Of a DNA stretch of 64,000 nt, positions 35,544 to 44,820 are shown one piece after another. Within the stretch, counting starts at the first letter, position 1. Each line of letters opens with the position of its first letter. Source of the DNA: Nitrososphaeria archaeon (GTDB taxonomy: Archaea; Thermoproteota; Nitrososphaeria; Nitrososphaerales; JAAOZN01); contig JARVJZ010000006.1 in NCBI GenBank assembly GCA_029775855.1, positions 76,353 through 140,352 of the forward strand, written 5' to 3'. Under the pieces are notes generated by a model. That model did not search any database, had not been told where the DNA came from, and was given only the letters and a program-made list of their open reading frames with translations. A program made the position numbers and the translations under genes.

Positions 35544-35777
35544 CATTATGAAGCTACCCAAGCCATGTGTGTAGATCTTGCGTAAACTAACCCCTAAATT
35601 TTTGAATATTTGGTATCTTGCTGCGTAGCTCGTCAACGCATAAACCGCTAGTGCCAAGATCACACCTCTATATGCTTCTGGTTGATTCACACCAATAAAC
35701 CCTAGTAGGGTTGCAAGTATCCCAGCGGCAACCCCAGCAGCAACTCTAAGCCAATACAGTTTATCTAACGGTGTCAA
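35493..35777 (-). CDS. Small membrane protein (about three TM helices), unknown function
   Basis: Track ORF 35493..35891. I shorten it to TTG 35777 (LTPLDKLYWLRVAAGVAAGILATLLGF...) because the longer form overlaps the NFACT gene start and adds a non-hydrophobic Ser/Ala-rich leader. Confidence 0.45.
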   Translation of the reverse strand: MTPLDKLYWLRVAAGVAAGILATLLGFIGVNQPEAYRGVILALAVYALTSYAARYQIFKNLGVSLRKIYTHGLGSFIMLFLFTWILLNTLFFAA

Positions 35778-35826
35778 GCAGCGCTGTTTTCGAACACCAC
35801 CTATATATCCCTTAACCCCCTTTGAG

Positions 35827-37752
35827 TTGGCTGTGGAGCTCTCTGGAATAGACCTTGCAAGAGTGGTTGCTGAGCTTAATGCTGCGCTCAACGACTATTA
35901 TGTGAATAGCATAGGCTCTGTTGACGATGTAACTTGGCTTATCCGGCTGCACCACTCAACCAATCCAGAGAAGAGGCTAATAATTTCATTAAACAAAGGC
36001 ATATGGCTCACATCTTATGAGGTGCCAACGAAGCCTCCAGATGCTTTTTCAGCGCATCTTAGAGAATATCTTCTCAGAGGGCGTTTTTTAAAAGTAGAGC
36101 AGCCTGATGTTGAAAGGCTGGTTAAGATTTGGTTTACGGTTGATGGTTTAGGAAGGGTGCTTGTAGCAGAGTTTTTTGGAGGGGGAAACCTACTTGTCCT
36201 TGATGCTGAAGAGCGTATACTAACCTTATTTAGGAAGATAGATGTGAGACATCGAAGACTTGCTCAAGGTTTGCAATATGTGCCGCCGCCTCCTCGAGGT
36301 AAGAACCCCTTTACAGCACATGAAGATATTTTAAAGGATGTAGCAAGCAGCGATTTAGAGATCGCAAGATACCTTGGTAGAGAACTTGCATTATCGCGCA
36401 AATATGTTGAGGAGGTTCTACGCAGAGCCGATATCGATCCTAAGGCTCGAAGCCTCAACAAAGAGCAGAGCGTTAAGCTACGCGATGCTCTCATTAATCT
36501 AAAGGATTTAATCTTTGGAGCAGAGTCTAAGCCTACTATACTACTTAAGGATGGGAAGCCTATAGATGCTTCTCCCTTCAAGCTCACAACATACTCTGTA
36601 GAGGATTATAGACACACAGACAGCTTTATTGAAGCGGTGGATGAGGTTCAGACTTTAAGCCTACTTGAGGAACTTAAAAAGAAAGAAGAGGAGCCGACTC
36701 AAAGAAGAATAGAGGAGCTGAACAGAGCACTTGAAGCGCAAGCAAAGAGCAGACTGGAATTAGAGAAGCAGGCTAAAAAACTTCGTGAAATAGCTACGGC
36801 TCTAAGAAGCGCTGCTTCAGAAAGCAAAGACCTACCAACAATTCTTACAACACTCGGAGTAGAATATACACAAAGCAAAGGAGACTACATAGAGGTTAAG
36901 GAGTTTACTGAACCCATCAAGATCCCAAAGACATCATCTACCGTGAGCGCAGCCTCCGTGATCTTCGATGCCGCGAAAGTTTTAGAATCTAAAATAAGGG
37001 CTATCAAAGAGGCGGAGAAAAGCCTCTTTGAGAAAAAGGCGCTTCTACTCACCAAAGCCGCTAAGGAAGAAACCAAGCCATTAAAGCGTATCAGAGTCAA
37101 GAAGTGGTTTGAGAGATATAGGTGGTTCTACACATCAAAAGGGCTGCTAGCAGTTGGAGGTAGGGATGCTGCTTCGAATACAGTGATACTCAGAAGATAC
37201 CTTCAAGAAGATGATATAGTATTTCACGCAGACATACACGGCTCACCCTTCTTTATACTTAAAGGCGGCGCAGAAGCAAATGAAGAGAGTATAAGAGAGT
37301 GCTGCGAAGCTGTAGCTGCATACAGCTCAGCTTGGAAGGCGGAGCTCACAGCGGTTGATGTCTACTGGATAAAACCAAATCAGATCAAGTTCACCGGCCC
37401 TTCCGGCACATACCTACCTAAAGGCGCATTCTTAATTGAAGGCGCAAAGAATTGGGTTAAGAATGTAAAGGTGTATGCTGGTGTTGGTCTTACTATCTTA
37501 GACGAAGAGATTGTAGTGGTTGGCGGACCTCCAAGCGCTCTTAAAGCGAATAGCATAGCATATGCGACGCTAGTTCCGGAAAAGGGCAAAGTGAGCGAAA
37601 CCGCTAAGCGGGTTAAGAGCGGGTTGATTGCAGCAGTAGGTCGGGAGTTAGGATTGAGGGTTAAAGAGATACCCTTAGACGACTTCATAAGAGCTCTGCC
37701 TAATGGAGGAGGAAAGGTTACTTCAATAAATTTAGGGGAGCAAAAGTCTTAA
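35827..37752 (+). CDS. NFACT-family protein (archaeal Rqc2/FbpA homolog, ribosome quality control)
   Basis: 641 aa. NFACT-N start (AVELSGIDLARVVAELN), a central coiled-coil (EELKKKEEE...LELEKQAKKLRE) and an NFACT-R/DUF814 region (VGGRDAASNTVILRRYL..DIVFHADIHGSPFFILKG). Confidence 0.8.
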   Translation: MAVELSGIDLARVVAELNAALNDYYVNSIGSVDDVTWLIRLHHSTNPEKRLIISLNKGIWLTSYEVPTKPPDAFSAHLREYLLRGRFLKVEQPDVERLVKIWFTVDGLGRVLVAEFFGGGNLLVLDAEERILTLFRKIDVRHRRLAQGLQYVPPPPRGKNPFTAHEDILKDVASSDLEIARYLGRELALSRKYVEEVLRRADIDPKARSLNKEQSVKLRDALINLKDLIFGAESKPTILLKDGKPIDASPFKLTTYSVEDYRHTDSFIEAVDEVQTLSLLEELKKKEEEPTQRRIEELNRALEAQAKSRLELEKQAKKLREIATALRSAASESKDLPTILTTLGVEYTQSKGDYIEVKEFTEPIKIPKTSSTVSAASVIFDAAKVLESKIRAIKEAEKSLFEKKALLLTKAAKEETKPLKRIRVKKWFERYRWFYTSKGLLAVGGRDAASNTVILRRYLQEDDIVFHADIHGSPFFILKGGAEANEESIRECCEAVAAYSSAWKAELTAVDVYWIKPNQIKFTGPSGTYLPKGAFLIEGAKNWVKNVKVYAGVGLTILDEEIVVVGGPPSALKANSIAYATLVPEKGKVSETAKRVKSGLIAAVGRELGLRVKEIPLDDFIRALPNGGGKVTSINLGEQKS

Positions 37753-37787
37753 GAGAGAGGGTAAGATACAGCATTGGTTGGACAACA

Positions 37788-38375
37788 TTGGCTTCAGAGC
37801 CTATGATTAGGACGAAGATCCTTGTAAGGGAAGTCATGAACAGCCCAGTGATAACCGCAGATGTTGACGAATCTGTTAAAGATGCTGCTAAGAAGATGGC
37901 GCGCTTTAAGATAGGTAGCGTAGTAGTCACTAAAGATGGCAAGCCTTTAGGTATAGTTACTGAAGGTGACATCGTGAGGAAGGTTGCAGCAGAAGACCTT
38001 AAACCCAGCAAAGTGAAGCTCAGCGAAATTGTCTCCAAACCTCTATACACAATAGATGCTGAAAGCGATGTTACCGAAGCAGCAAAGATGATGCGCAGAC
38101 TTAACATAAAGAAGCTTGGCGTCACATACAAGAATGAGCTTCTAGGCATAGTCACTACATCAGACCTAAATGCCGTCACACCTGAACTTATAGGTCTGTT
38201 GTCTGAGAAGGTTAAAATCACTACAGGTGAATCGCTTAGGATTAAAGGTCCTCTCGCCGGCTACTGTGACTCGTGCGGCGAATGGTCAGATATGCTTGTT
38301 GAAGTAGATGGGCGGTTCCTATGTGAAGACTGCAGAGCTGAAGTTGTGCACGAACCCGCAGAAGCTCCTGAATAA
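37788..38375 (+). CDS. CBS-pair protein with C-terminal four-Cys Zn-ribbon (TA0289-like architecture)
   Basis: 195 aa. Two CBS repeats (VMNSPVITADVDESVKDAAKKM...GIVTEGDIVRKV and a second), then CDSCGEWS...FLCEDC. Confidence 0.8.
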   Translation: MASEPMIRTKILVREVMNSPVITADVDESVKDAAKKMARFKIGSVVVTKDGKPLGIVTEGDIVRKVAAEDLKPSKVKLSEIVSKPLYTIDAESDVTEAAKMMRRLNIKKLGVTYKNELLGIVTTSDLNAVTPELIGLLSEKVKITTGESLRIKGPLAGYCDSCGEWSDMLVEVDGRFLCEDCRAEVVHEPAEAPE

Positions 38376-38390
38376 TAGCTGCGTGTTAAC

Positions 38391-39230
38391 ATGATTAAAG
38401 TATCTGATTACATGACACCTATTGTAGCTATAGCTTCTCCTCAAGATACTCTTGCAGCCATTAGAAACATTATGCTTAGAAGACGCGTTGGAAGAGTCCC
38501 AGTCGTTGATGGAAGTAGACTTGTTGGTATAGTAAGCCGAACAGACCTAGCTTTAGCATTAAGACCGAATGGGCCAGCTTGGCGCCGTAGACCACTCGAA
38601 TACACTAGTGTATGGGAGATCATGTCGAAACCTGTCATAACGATCTCTGTAAATGAGTCTATATCTAAGGCTGCTGAAACTATGTTAAATAGTGGTGTGA
38701 CAGGGCTTCCTGTATTAGATGATGACAAGATCGTTGGGATGATTACTACAAGTGATTTAACGAGGTGCCTTAAGGAGCATGGAGACCCGTCTAAAAAGGT
38801 TAAGGAGCATATGTGTGTAGAGGTCGCTGTGGCTAAACCACTCCATCCAATTAGTCGAGTCATCAAGATTTTGGTTAAATCACCTAGCCACAGAGTTATC
38901 GTTGTAGATGCTGAAGGCAGACCTATAGGTATAGTTACACCCACAGATCTAGCTTTTGTTAGAGTATCTGCTGGAAGCTCGAAGAGCAAAGTAGTTTATG
39001 ACAGCGAGGCGCCCAAAAGGAGTAGAAAGATAGAGTTTCTGGGGCTGACCTACGCCAAAGATGTCATGAGGAGCCCAATACATTTTATATCTGAAGAGGC
39101 GTCAGTAGTAGACGCTGCATCTCTAATGAGCAGCGCCAAGATAGGAGGCTTGCCAGTATTAGATAAGAAGAAGAATTTATCCGGACTCTTTTCTAAGATA
39201 GAGGTTTTAAGACTTGTCAAAGATCTTTAG
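38391..39230 (+). CDS. CBS-domain-only protein (four CBS repeats)
   Basis: 279 aa. The pattern ..M....v.....s...a...M......g.PV.d....vG(I/M)(V/I)(S/T)..DL recurs four times. Confidence 0.8.
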   Translation: MIKVSDYMTPIVAIASPQDTLAAIRNIMLRRRVGRVPVVDGSRLVGIVSRTDLALALRPNGPAWRRRPLEYTSVWEIMSKPVITISVNESISKAAETMLNSGVTGLPVLDDDKIVGMITTSDLTRCLKEHGDPSKKVKEHMCVEVAVAKPLHPISRVIKILVKSPSHRVIVVDAEGRPIGIVTPTDLAFVRVSAGSSKSKVVYDSEAPKRSRKIEFLGLTYAKDVMRSPIHFISEEASVVDAASLMSSAKIGGLPVLDKKKNLSGLFSKIEVLRLVKDL

Positions 39231-40053
39231 TCTTGAATCCAAGCTCTCTGAACTACATCTTGAAACTGCTTATCTTGTAAGTAAGGCGCAGAAGATTCCT
39301 ATGGTTATAGAAGTTATGAGGAGATATGATGTAGATAGAGTGATAGTAGTCTCAGACTCTAAGTTAGTTGGTGTGGTTACAGTCAAAGACATATTCTCCA
39401 AGATCTCTTCAAAGAGGATGAGCAGACTTTCACCCACATCACTTTCCGTAGCAGCCTTCACTTCACCCAATATAATCACAGCACACCCCGAAGATACCGC
39501 TCTACAGGCTGCTGAAAGGTTACTTGAATATAACATAGCTGCGTTGCCTGTGGTAGGAAATGATGGAGTGGTGAGGGGGTTAGTGACGAAGTTGCTGCTT
39601 GTTCCTCTGATGGTTAAATCAAGTATGTGTTGTAGAGACTTTATGCAGCCACCTTTTGTAGTTGTTGGCTTGAGGTCTAAGCTTTCTACCGCCCTTGAGA
39701 AGCTCAGCAACACACCTATCCGTGAGCTTGTGGTGGTTGAAGGTGATAAGCCTGTTGGGATTATAAGTGAGCGTGAAGCTGCTTTCACATTATTTAACCT
39801 TTTGAGAGTTGAGCAGATAAGGCACTTTGACACCTTCATCAAGAGGCTTCTTGTGCTGGATGCTATGAGGGGGCTTACAGCAGCGTTAAGCGGCGAAGAG
39901 AGTGTAAAAGAGGCCGCTAAAGTTATGAGGAGCATCCGGGTCAACACCTTACCCATAGTTAAGAACGATAAGATAGTTGGTTTAGTAAATAGGGACAACA
40001 TATTCGAGAGACTTCTGAAGCTAGAGGTAGAAGAAAGAGGGGGTAAGGTGTAA
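39214..40053 (+). CDS. CBS-domain-only protein (four CBS repeats)
   Basis: 279 aa, TTG start overlapping the previous gene by 17 nt. Repeated LVGVVTVKDI / VRGLVTKL / PVGIISEREA / IVGLVNRDNI CBS cores. Confidence 0.75.
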   Translation: MSKIFSLESKLSELHLETAYLVSKAQKIPMVIEVMRRYDVDRVIVVSDSKLVGVVTVKDIFSKISSKRMSRLSPTSLSVAAFTSPNIITAHPEDTALQAAERLLEYNIAALPVVGNDGVVRGLVTKLLLVPLMVKSSMCCRDFMQPPFVVVGLRSKLSTALEKLSNTPIRELVVVEGDKPVGIISEREAAFTLFNLLRVEQIRHFDTFIKRLLVLDAMRGLTAALSGEESVKEAAKVMRSIRVNTLPIVKNDKIVGLVNRDNIFERLLKLEVEERGGKV

Positions 40054-40081
40054 TATACCGCTGAGATTCCTTGTAGACTCT

Positions 40082-40522
40082 ATGCACGGCAGCTTAGCCA
40101 GAAAGCTAAGACTCTACGGCTACGATGTATCATACAACACCAACCTAGACGATAAGGCTCTCATAAGTAAGGCTGCTGAGGAGGACAGATGGCTCCTAAC
40201 CTCTGACCGAAACCTCTACTTAACAGCATTAAAAAGAGGGGTAAAAGCCTGCTTACTCTTAGGCAAGGATGACGCAAGTAGAGCTGCTGAAGTATTCAAG
40301 AAGATTGGTTTAGAGCCGCCTACATTAAAGCCTGAAACTTCAAGATGCCCAATCTGTAATGGGCTGCTTCAAATCTGTAGCCCAGAAGAGGTTGAGGTTA
40401 AGCACAAGCCTAAGAGCACATACTATAAATGTGTAGTCTGCGGTAAACTCTACTGGATAGGAAGCCATTGGCCCAGAATTGTGGGCTTCGATAGGCGTCT
40501 AAGGCAGCTCCTTAAGACTTAA
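40082..40522 (+). CDS. Mut7-C / DUF82 PIN-like ribonuclease with C-terminal Zn ribbon
   Basis: 146 aa from the first ATG. GSLARKLRLYGYDV, CPICNG...YYKCVVCGKLYWIGSHW. The conserved RFLVD N-terminal motif is encoded in frame upstream of this ATG (see findings). Confidence 0.7.
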   Translation: MHGSLARKLRLYGYDVSYNTNLDDKALISKAAEEDRWLLTSDRNLYLTALKRGVKACLLLGKDDASRAAEVFKKIGLEPPTLKPETSRCPICNGLLQICSPEEVEVKHKPKSTYYKCVVCGKLYWIGSHWPRIVGFDRRLRQLLKT

Positions 40523-40548
40523 AGGAGACCCTAGCTGGTGAAGATGCG

Positions 40549-41166
40549 ATGATCGAGCTTAGTGACGAAGAAGGCGAATTGCTTGTAAAAACGGCTAGAA
40601 GAGCAGCTGAAGAGTATGTAGTCAGCAGAAGAAGACTGAAAGTAGGCGAGGAATTTCAGAAAAGGTTCAGCGAGAAATTAGGTGTATTCGTTACGATAAA
40701 CACATTAAAAGGAAAGGAGCATGAACTCAGAGGATGTATAGGGTTAGTTCAACCAAAAATACCCTTAAGCGAAGCGCTAATCGAAGCAGCTATAAGCGCA
40801 GCCACAGAAGACCCACGCTTTGAACCTATCAAACCCCAAGAACTCAACAACCTAATCTTTGAAGTAAGCGTTTTAACACCGCCTGAGAGACTCAAAGCAG
40901 CATCACCGAGAGAGTATCTTAACTTGATAAAGATAGGAAGAGATGGCTTGATAGTCGAATACAGATTTCTAAGCGGGCTTCTACTTCCTCAAGTCCCAGT
41001 CGAAGAAGGTTGGGATGTTGAACAATACCTTTCATACGCCTGTATGAAGGCTGGTGCACCACCTGACATCTGGCTTCTGCCGGAGACAAAGCTCTACCGC
41101 TTTGAGGCAGTGGTCTTTGCTGAAGAAGAGCCGAATGGTAGGGTTATTAGGAGAAGGCTGGTTTGA
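40549..41166 (+). CDS. AMMECR1-domain protein
   Basis: 205 aa. GVFVTINT...LRGCIG, DPRF.P, and LLPQV are AMMECR1 hallmarks. Confidence 0.85.
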   Translation: MIELSDEEGELLVKTARRAAEEYVVSRRRLKVGEEFQKRFSEKLGVFVTINTLKGKEHELRGCIGLVQPKIPLSEALIEAAISAATEDPRFEPIKPQELNNLIFEVSVLTPPERLKAASPREYLNLIKIGRDGLIVEYRFLSGLLLPQVPVEEGWDVEQYLSYACMKAGAPPDIWLLPETKLYRFEAVVFAEEEPNGRVIRRRLV

Positions 41167-41181
41167 GGGGAAAGACTTGGC

Positions 41182-42351
41182 TTGAAAAGAGTCTATTTCC
41201 CCATCTTCGGTTCAGGTCTTGGTCACGCTGCTAGAATGGTTACTTTAGCTTCGAGGCTTGTTGCACTAGGATTTGAAGCAGCTTTCTCCTCATACTATGA
41301 AGCAGCTGATTATGTGGAGCAGAAGGGCTTCCTCTGCTTTAGAGTGCCTAGGTTAGATGTAGGTTGGACAGCGTCAGGAAAATTTGAAGGGCTTTTAAAG
41401 ACCTCTAAGAGACTGCCTTGGCATATAGCCACATTTATCCGTCAAACAGTAATAGAGAGAAAGATTATGCAGAGTTGGAAACCAGATCTTGTCATCTCAG
41501 ATTCACGCCTTTCTGCGGTTATAGCTGCTAAGACCTTGGGTTTAAGATGCTTTGTAGTCACTAATCAGCTGCGTATACTTCTACCACCTAAGAAGAGAAG
41601 TAAGCGTACAAAGCCCATCGAACGCTTCCTCAACGAGATCTTAGGTAAACTGTGGAATTTAGCCGACAGAATCTTCTTCCCAGACCTACCGCCACCATAC
41701 ACCATTTCTGAGGAGAATCTGTGGTGGGTTTCTGCTGTGAGGAAAAAAGCTGAGTATATTGGTTTTCTTGTTCAACCAACCAAGAAGAGTAGAGAGGAGC
41801 TCGAAGAGAGTCTCCGTAAAACTGGGTTAAACATAGATAAGCCTATAGTCTTTATTCACATAAGCGGGCCAGCATTTACAAAGCCAGCGCTTCTAAGAAA
41901 ACTCCTTAAAGCTGCAACACTACTAAAGGATTTTCAAGTAGTTATATCTGAAGGCAGAACCAAAGGGAGCACAGAAGTTAAAAGATTAGATTCAATCTAC
42001 TACTTTGAATGGTGCCCGATAAGTGAAGACCTTATGCAGATTTCAGACATACTTGTGGTTAGGGGAGGGCATTCAACCCTTGGCTCAGCTCTTCTGCTTG
42101 GAAAGCCTATGCTTATAATACCGATAGCAGACCATAGTGAACAATTTAGCAACACATTTAAAATGGTTAGGCTCGGTGTGGCTCTTTGGCTCGACCCGCT
42201 TGAGTCAAATCCTGAAGACATCTGTGAAGCTGTACATACGCTTCATGGTGATGGCGCCTATAGGAGTAGAGTTTCAGTTCTTTCACAGTTAGCTTCAAAG
42301 TATGATGGGTTAAGTAGGTTTACTGATGCAGTTCTTGAGGCGTTAAGATAA
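41182..42351 (+). CDS. Glycosyltransferase, MurG/UDP-glycosyltransferase-like GT-B fold (MJ1255-type)
   Basis: 389 aa, TTG start. N-terminal FGSGLGHAARM, and a C-terminal RGGHSTLGSALLLGKPMLIIP donor-binding segment. Confidence 0.6.
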   Translation: MKRVYFPIFGSGLGHAARMVTLASRLVALGFEAAFSSYYEAADYVEQKGFLCFRVPRLDVGWTASGKFEGLLKTSKRLPWHIATFIRQTVIERKIMQSWKPDLVISDSRLSAVIAAKTLGLRCFVVTNQLRILLPPKKRSKRTKPIERFLNEILGKLWNLADRIFFPDLPPPYTISEENLWWVSAVRKKAEYIGFLVQPTKKSREELEESLRKTGLNIDKPIVFIHISGPAFTKPALLRKLLKAATLLKDFQVVISEGRTKGSTEVKRLDSIYYFEWCPISEDLMQISDILVVRGGHSTLGSALLLGKPMLIIPIADHSEQFSNTFKMVRLGVALWLDPLESNPEDICEAVHTLHGDGAYRSRVSVLSQLASKYDGLSRFTDAVLEALR

Positions 42352-43482
42352 ACTATCTACAATTTCGTGTGCGTCTAAAAGACCCTTCACCACTTCTAGC
42401 CTTACAACATCTTTCCAAGCATCTCTTGCAGCGTCCTCTAAACTTGAAAGAGTTCTTCCAGAAGCGTCTAACATACTTAACCTACATTCGTTTAAATCAA
42501 TCTGAAGCTTAGAGTGAAGACCTATCATACGCGCGTAACACAGCATCTCATCATTAGTCAAGAAGGATGCTGGTGAGAACATGGTAACTGATTCTCTACA
42601 AGCTCTTTCAACAACATTCGTTGCGCTACCCCCTAGGATAAGCGGCAAAGAGACAGCCTTAACATTAGTCTCTTTAGCCGCTTTAAGGGCTAATGTTGCT
42701 GTAAACTCAAACCAACTATAGCTTCCATCCCCAGTTCTATAACGATTTGCTGCATCAACATAGAACACTTGAACAATCTTTTTAGGCATACATCGTCTGA
42801 GCAGAGTAAAGACTTCAAAGGAGTGGTATAGCAGCTTAGAGGAGGGTTGAGGTTGGCTGATGATAATATATTTAGCGTCAAATCCAGCTCTTTGCGTAAG
42901 CCAAGCGTTCACCAGAGACCTCACTGTAGGTTCAACCACTATTATGCATTCCCCTAAAGAGCCGCAGGGAAGCCCACAGGAGCCTAGATAGCGGTGAGTG
43001 AAGATGTATGCGTCTTCTTTTGTGACTAGAGTGTAGACAACCTTATCGGGCTTCTTCTCATCTGGTTTAGCGCCTCTATCACTAACTTCACCTATGAGTA
43101 TAGATGTTGCTAGAGATTCTAGATCTTTGGGTTCAAAGTTTAGGTTTTGGGTTGTCTCAACTTTAACCATAAAACGCTCTTTCTCAAAGATACCTTTTTT
43201 ACCCATTCTCACTATGGCTTGCAGAACTTCGTCAAATTCTGGATTTACTCTTTCAGCCAAAGCCACATAAGCTACGCCAGAGAATCTGGATATAGTTTCA
43301 GCAACCTCAACTAGGTTTTGGGCTTCTACCTCTATGATATCCCCCTTTACTTTAATCGAATACTTTGAATCCGTAAAGGATGGTAAAGACTCTATTAGTA
43401 GATGCTTCAACAAATCTATCTGGGCAGCAGTCTCAGCTGAAGGTTTGACGACGCAGCGCATAAGCAAGGTAAGCCTAACCAT
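42343..43482 (-). CDS. ThiI-like THUMP-domain protein with degenerate PP-loop
   Basis: 379 aa. Ferredoxin-like N-domain plus THUMP (FMVKVETTQNLNF...AYIFTHRYLGSCGLPCGSLG). The position of the ThiI SGGIDS PP-loop reads EPTVRS (IIVVEPTVRSLVNAWLTQRAGF). Confidence 0.5.
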   Translation of the reverse strand: MVRLTLLMRCVVKPSAETAAQIDLLKHLLIESLPSFTDSKYSIKVKGDIIEVEAQNLVEVAETISRFSGVAYVALAERVNPEFDEVLQAIVRMGKKGIFEKERFMVKVETTQNLNFEPKDLESLATSILIGEVSDRGAKPDEKKPDKVVYTLVTKEDAYIFTHRYLGSCGLPCGSLGECIIVVEPTVRSLVNAWLTQRAGFDAKYIIISQPQPSSKLLYHSFEVFTLLRRCMPKKIVQVFYVDAANRYRTGDGSYSWFEFTATLALKAAKETNVKAVSLPLILGGSATNVVERACRESVTMFSPASFLTNDEMLCYARMIGLHSKLQIDLNECRLSMLDASGRTLSSLEDAARDAWKDVVRLEVVKGLLDAHEIVDSLS

Positions 43483-43514
43483 CCTTATAAGAATCTACTT
43501 AACCTTACCTAAAC

Positions 43515-44819
43515 TTGGAGGTAGGTAGATTGAGTCAAGTCGAGATTTCAGAGGCCTTTCAGCTGCCTGAAGGCTCAGCGGTTAAACTTAGAGGCTGGGT
43601 GGCTTCGAAGTCAGAGGTGGGTGGCATAATCTTCATCACTTTAAGAGACGGCACAGGATACATTCAAGCAGCGGGTAAGAAGGGAGTTATTGGTGAAGAA
43701 GATTTTCAGAGACTAAAGCGGGTTACAAAAGAAACAGCGGTTGAGTTGGAGGGAAGCATAAGGGTAGATAAGAGGGCGCCAAAGGGAAGAGAAGTAGCCA
43801 TAAAATCTCTGAGTATTATAGCTTTGGCTGATAAATGGCCTATAACTAAAAGCGCCGTTAAATCAACATCATTCCTTTATGACTATAGGCACCTCTCAAT
43901 AAGAGGGCGTAAGGCTTCAGCTGTAATCAAGATAAGATGGGGCATCATGAAAGCGGCGATAGAATTCTTCTCGCAGCGTGGCTACTGCCTAATAAGCTCG
44001 CCTACAATAGTTCAGTCGGCTTGCGAGGGAGGGGCTACGCTTTTTGAACTCGACTACTTTGGTCAAAAAGCTTACCTTAGTCAAAGTGCACAATTTTATG
44101 AAGAGGCTGCGATTTGTGCATTAGGGAAGGTTTTCATTCTTCAACCAGCATTTAGAGCAGAGAAGTCTAAGACACCAAAGCATCTCACTGAATTTTGGAT
44201 GATAGAAGCAGAAAAGGCATTCATGGATCAAGAGGAGAATATGAAGCTCCAAGAAGACCTTATTACATACATCTGCAACAGAGTGGTGGAAGATTGTAAA
44301 GAGGAACTGGAGGTGCTTGGGCGAAGATTTAAGCCTCCTGAACCGCCTTTCCCACGCATAACCTATGATGAAGTTTTGAAGTTCGCGTCTGAGCAGAATC
44401 TAGGCTTCAAATGGGGTGAAGACATTCCAACAGTGGTGGAAACGCTACTCTCTAAGAGCCAGACCAAACCATTCTTCATAACAGACTACCCTTTGAGCGC
44501 AAGAAGTTTCTACCATATGACTAAGCCTGATAACGAAAACATAACTCTTTCAGCAGACCTAATTGCACCAGAGGGGCATGGTGAAATAGCTACTGGCGGG
44601 CAAAGAATACACGACTACCAAACCTTGCTTAAAAGAATAGAGTCCCAAGAACTGCCGATGGAGAACTTCAGATGGTACCTTGAACTAAGAAGATATGGTA
44701 TGCCCCCTCACTCTGGCTTTGGAGTAGGTGTAGAAAGGCTTACTAAGTGGGTCGCTGGGTTAAAACATATAAGGGCTGCAAGCCTATTTCCACGCACACC
44801 AACCAGAGTCAACCCCTAA
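43515..44819 (+). CDS. asnS: Asparaginyl-tRNA synthetase (class IIb; AsnRS more likely than AspRS)
   Basis: 434 aa. OB-fold N-domain, motif 2 FRAEKSKTPKHLTEFWMIEAE (the EFWM pattern is typical of AsnRS), motif 3 GFGVGVERL. Confidence 0.75.
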   Translation: MEVGRLSQVEISEAFQLPEGSAVKLRGWVASKSEVGGIIFITLRDGTGYIQAAGKKGVIGEEDFQRLKRVTKETAVELEGSIRVDKRAPKGREVAIKSLSIIALADKWPITKSAVKSTSFLYDYRHLSIRGRKASAVIKIRWGIMKAAIEFFSQRGYCLISSPTIVQSACEGGATLFELDYFGQKAYLSQSAQFYEEAAICALGKVFILQPAFRAEKSKTPKHLTEFWMIEAEKAFMDQEENMKLQEDLITYICNRVVEDCKEELEVLGRRFKPPEPPFPRITYDEVLKFASEQNLGFKWGEDIPTVVETLLSKSQTKPFFITDYPLSARSFYHMTKPDNENITLSADLIAPEGHGEIATGGQRIHDYQTLLKRIESQELPMENFRWYLELRRYGMPPHSGFGVGVERLTKWVAGLKHIRAASLFPRTPTRVNP

Positions 44820-44820
44820 G

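Noticed and set aside
37718-40001. Three long minus-strand ORFs (167, 182 and 243 aa) antisense to the CBS-domain genes
   Set aside because: The plus-strand products show repeated, well-formed CBS motifs. The antisense translations are Ser/Thr/Leu-rich without recognisable domains.
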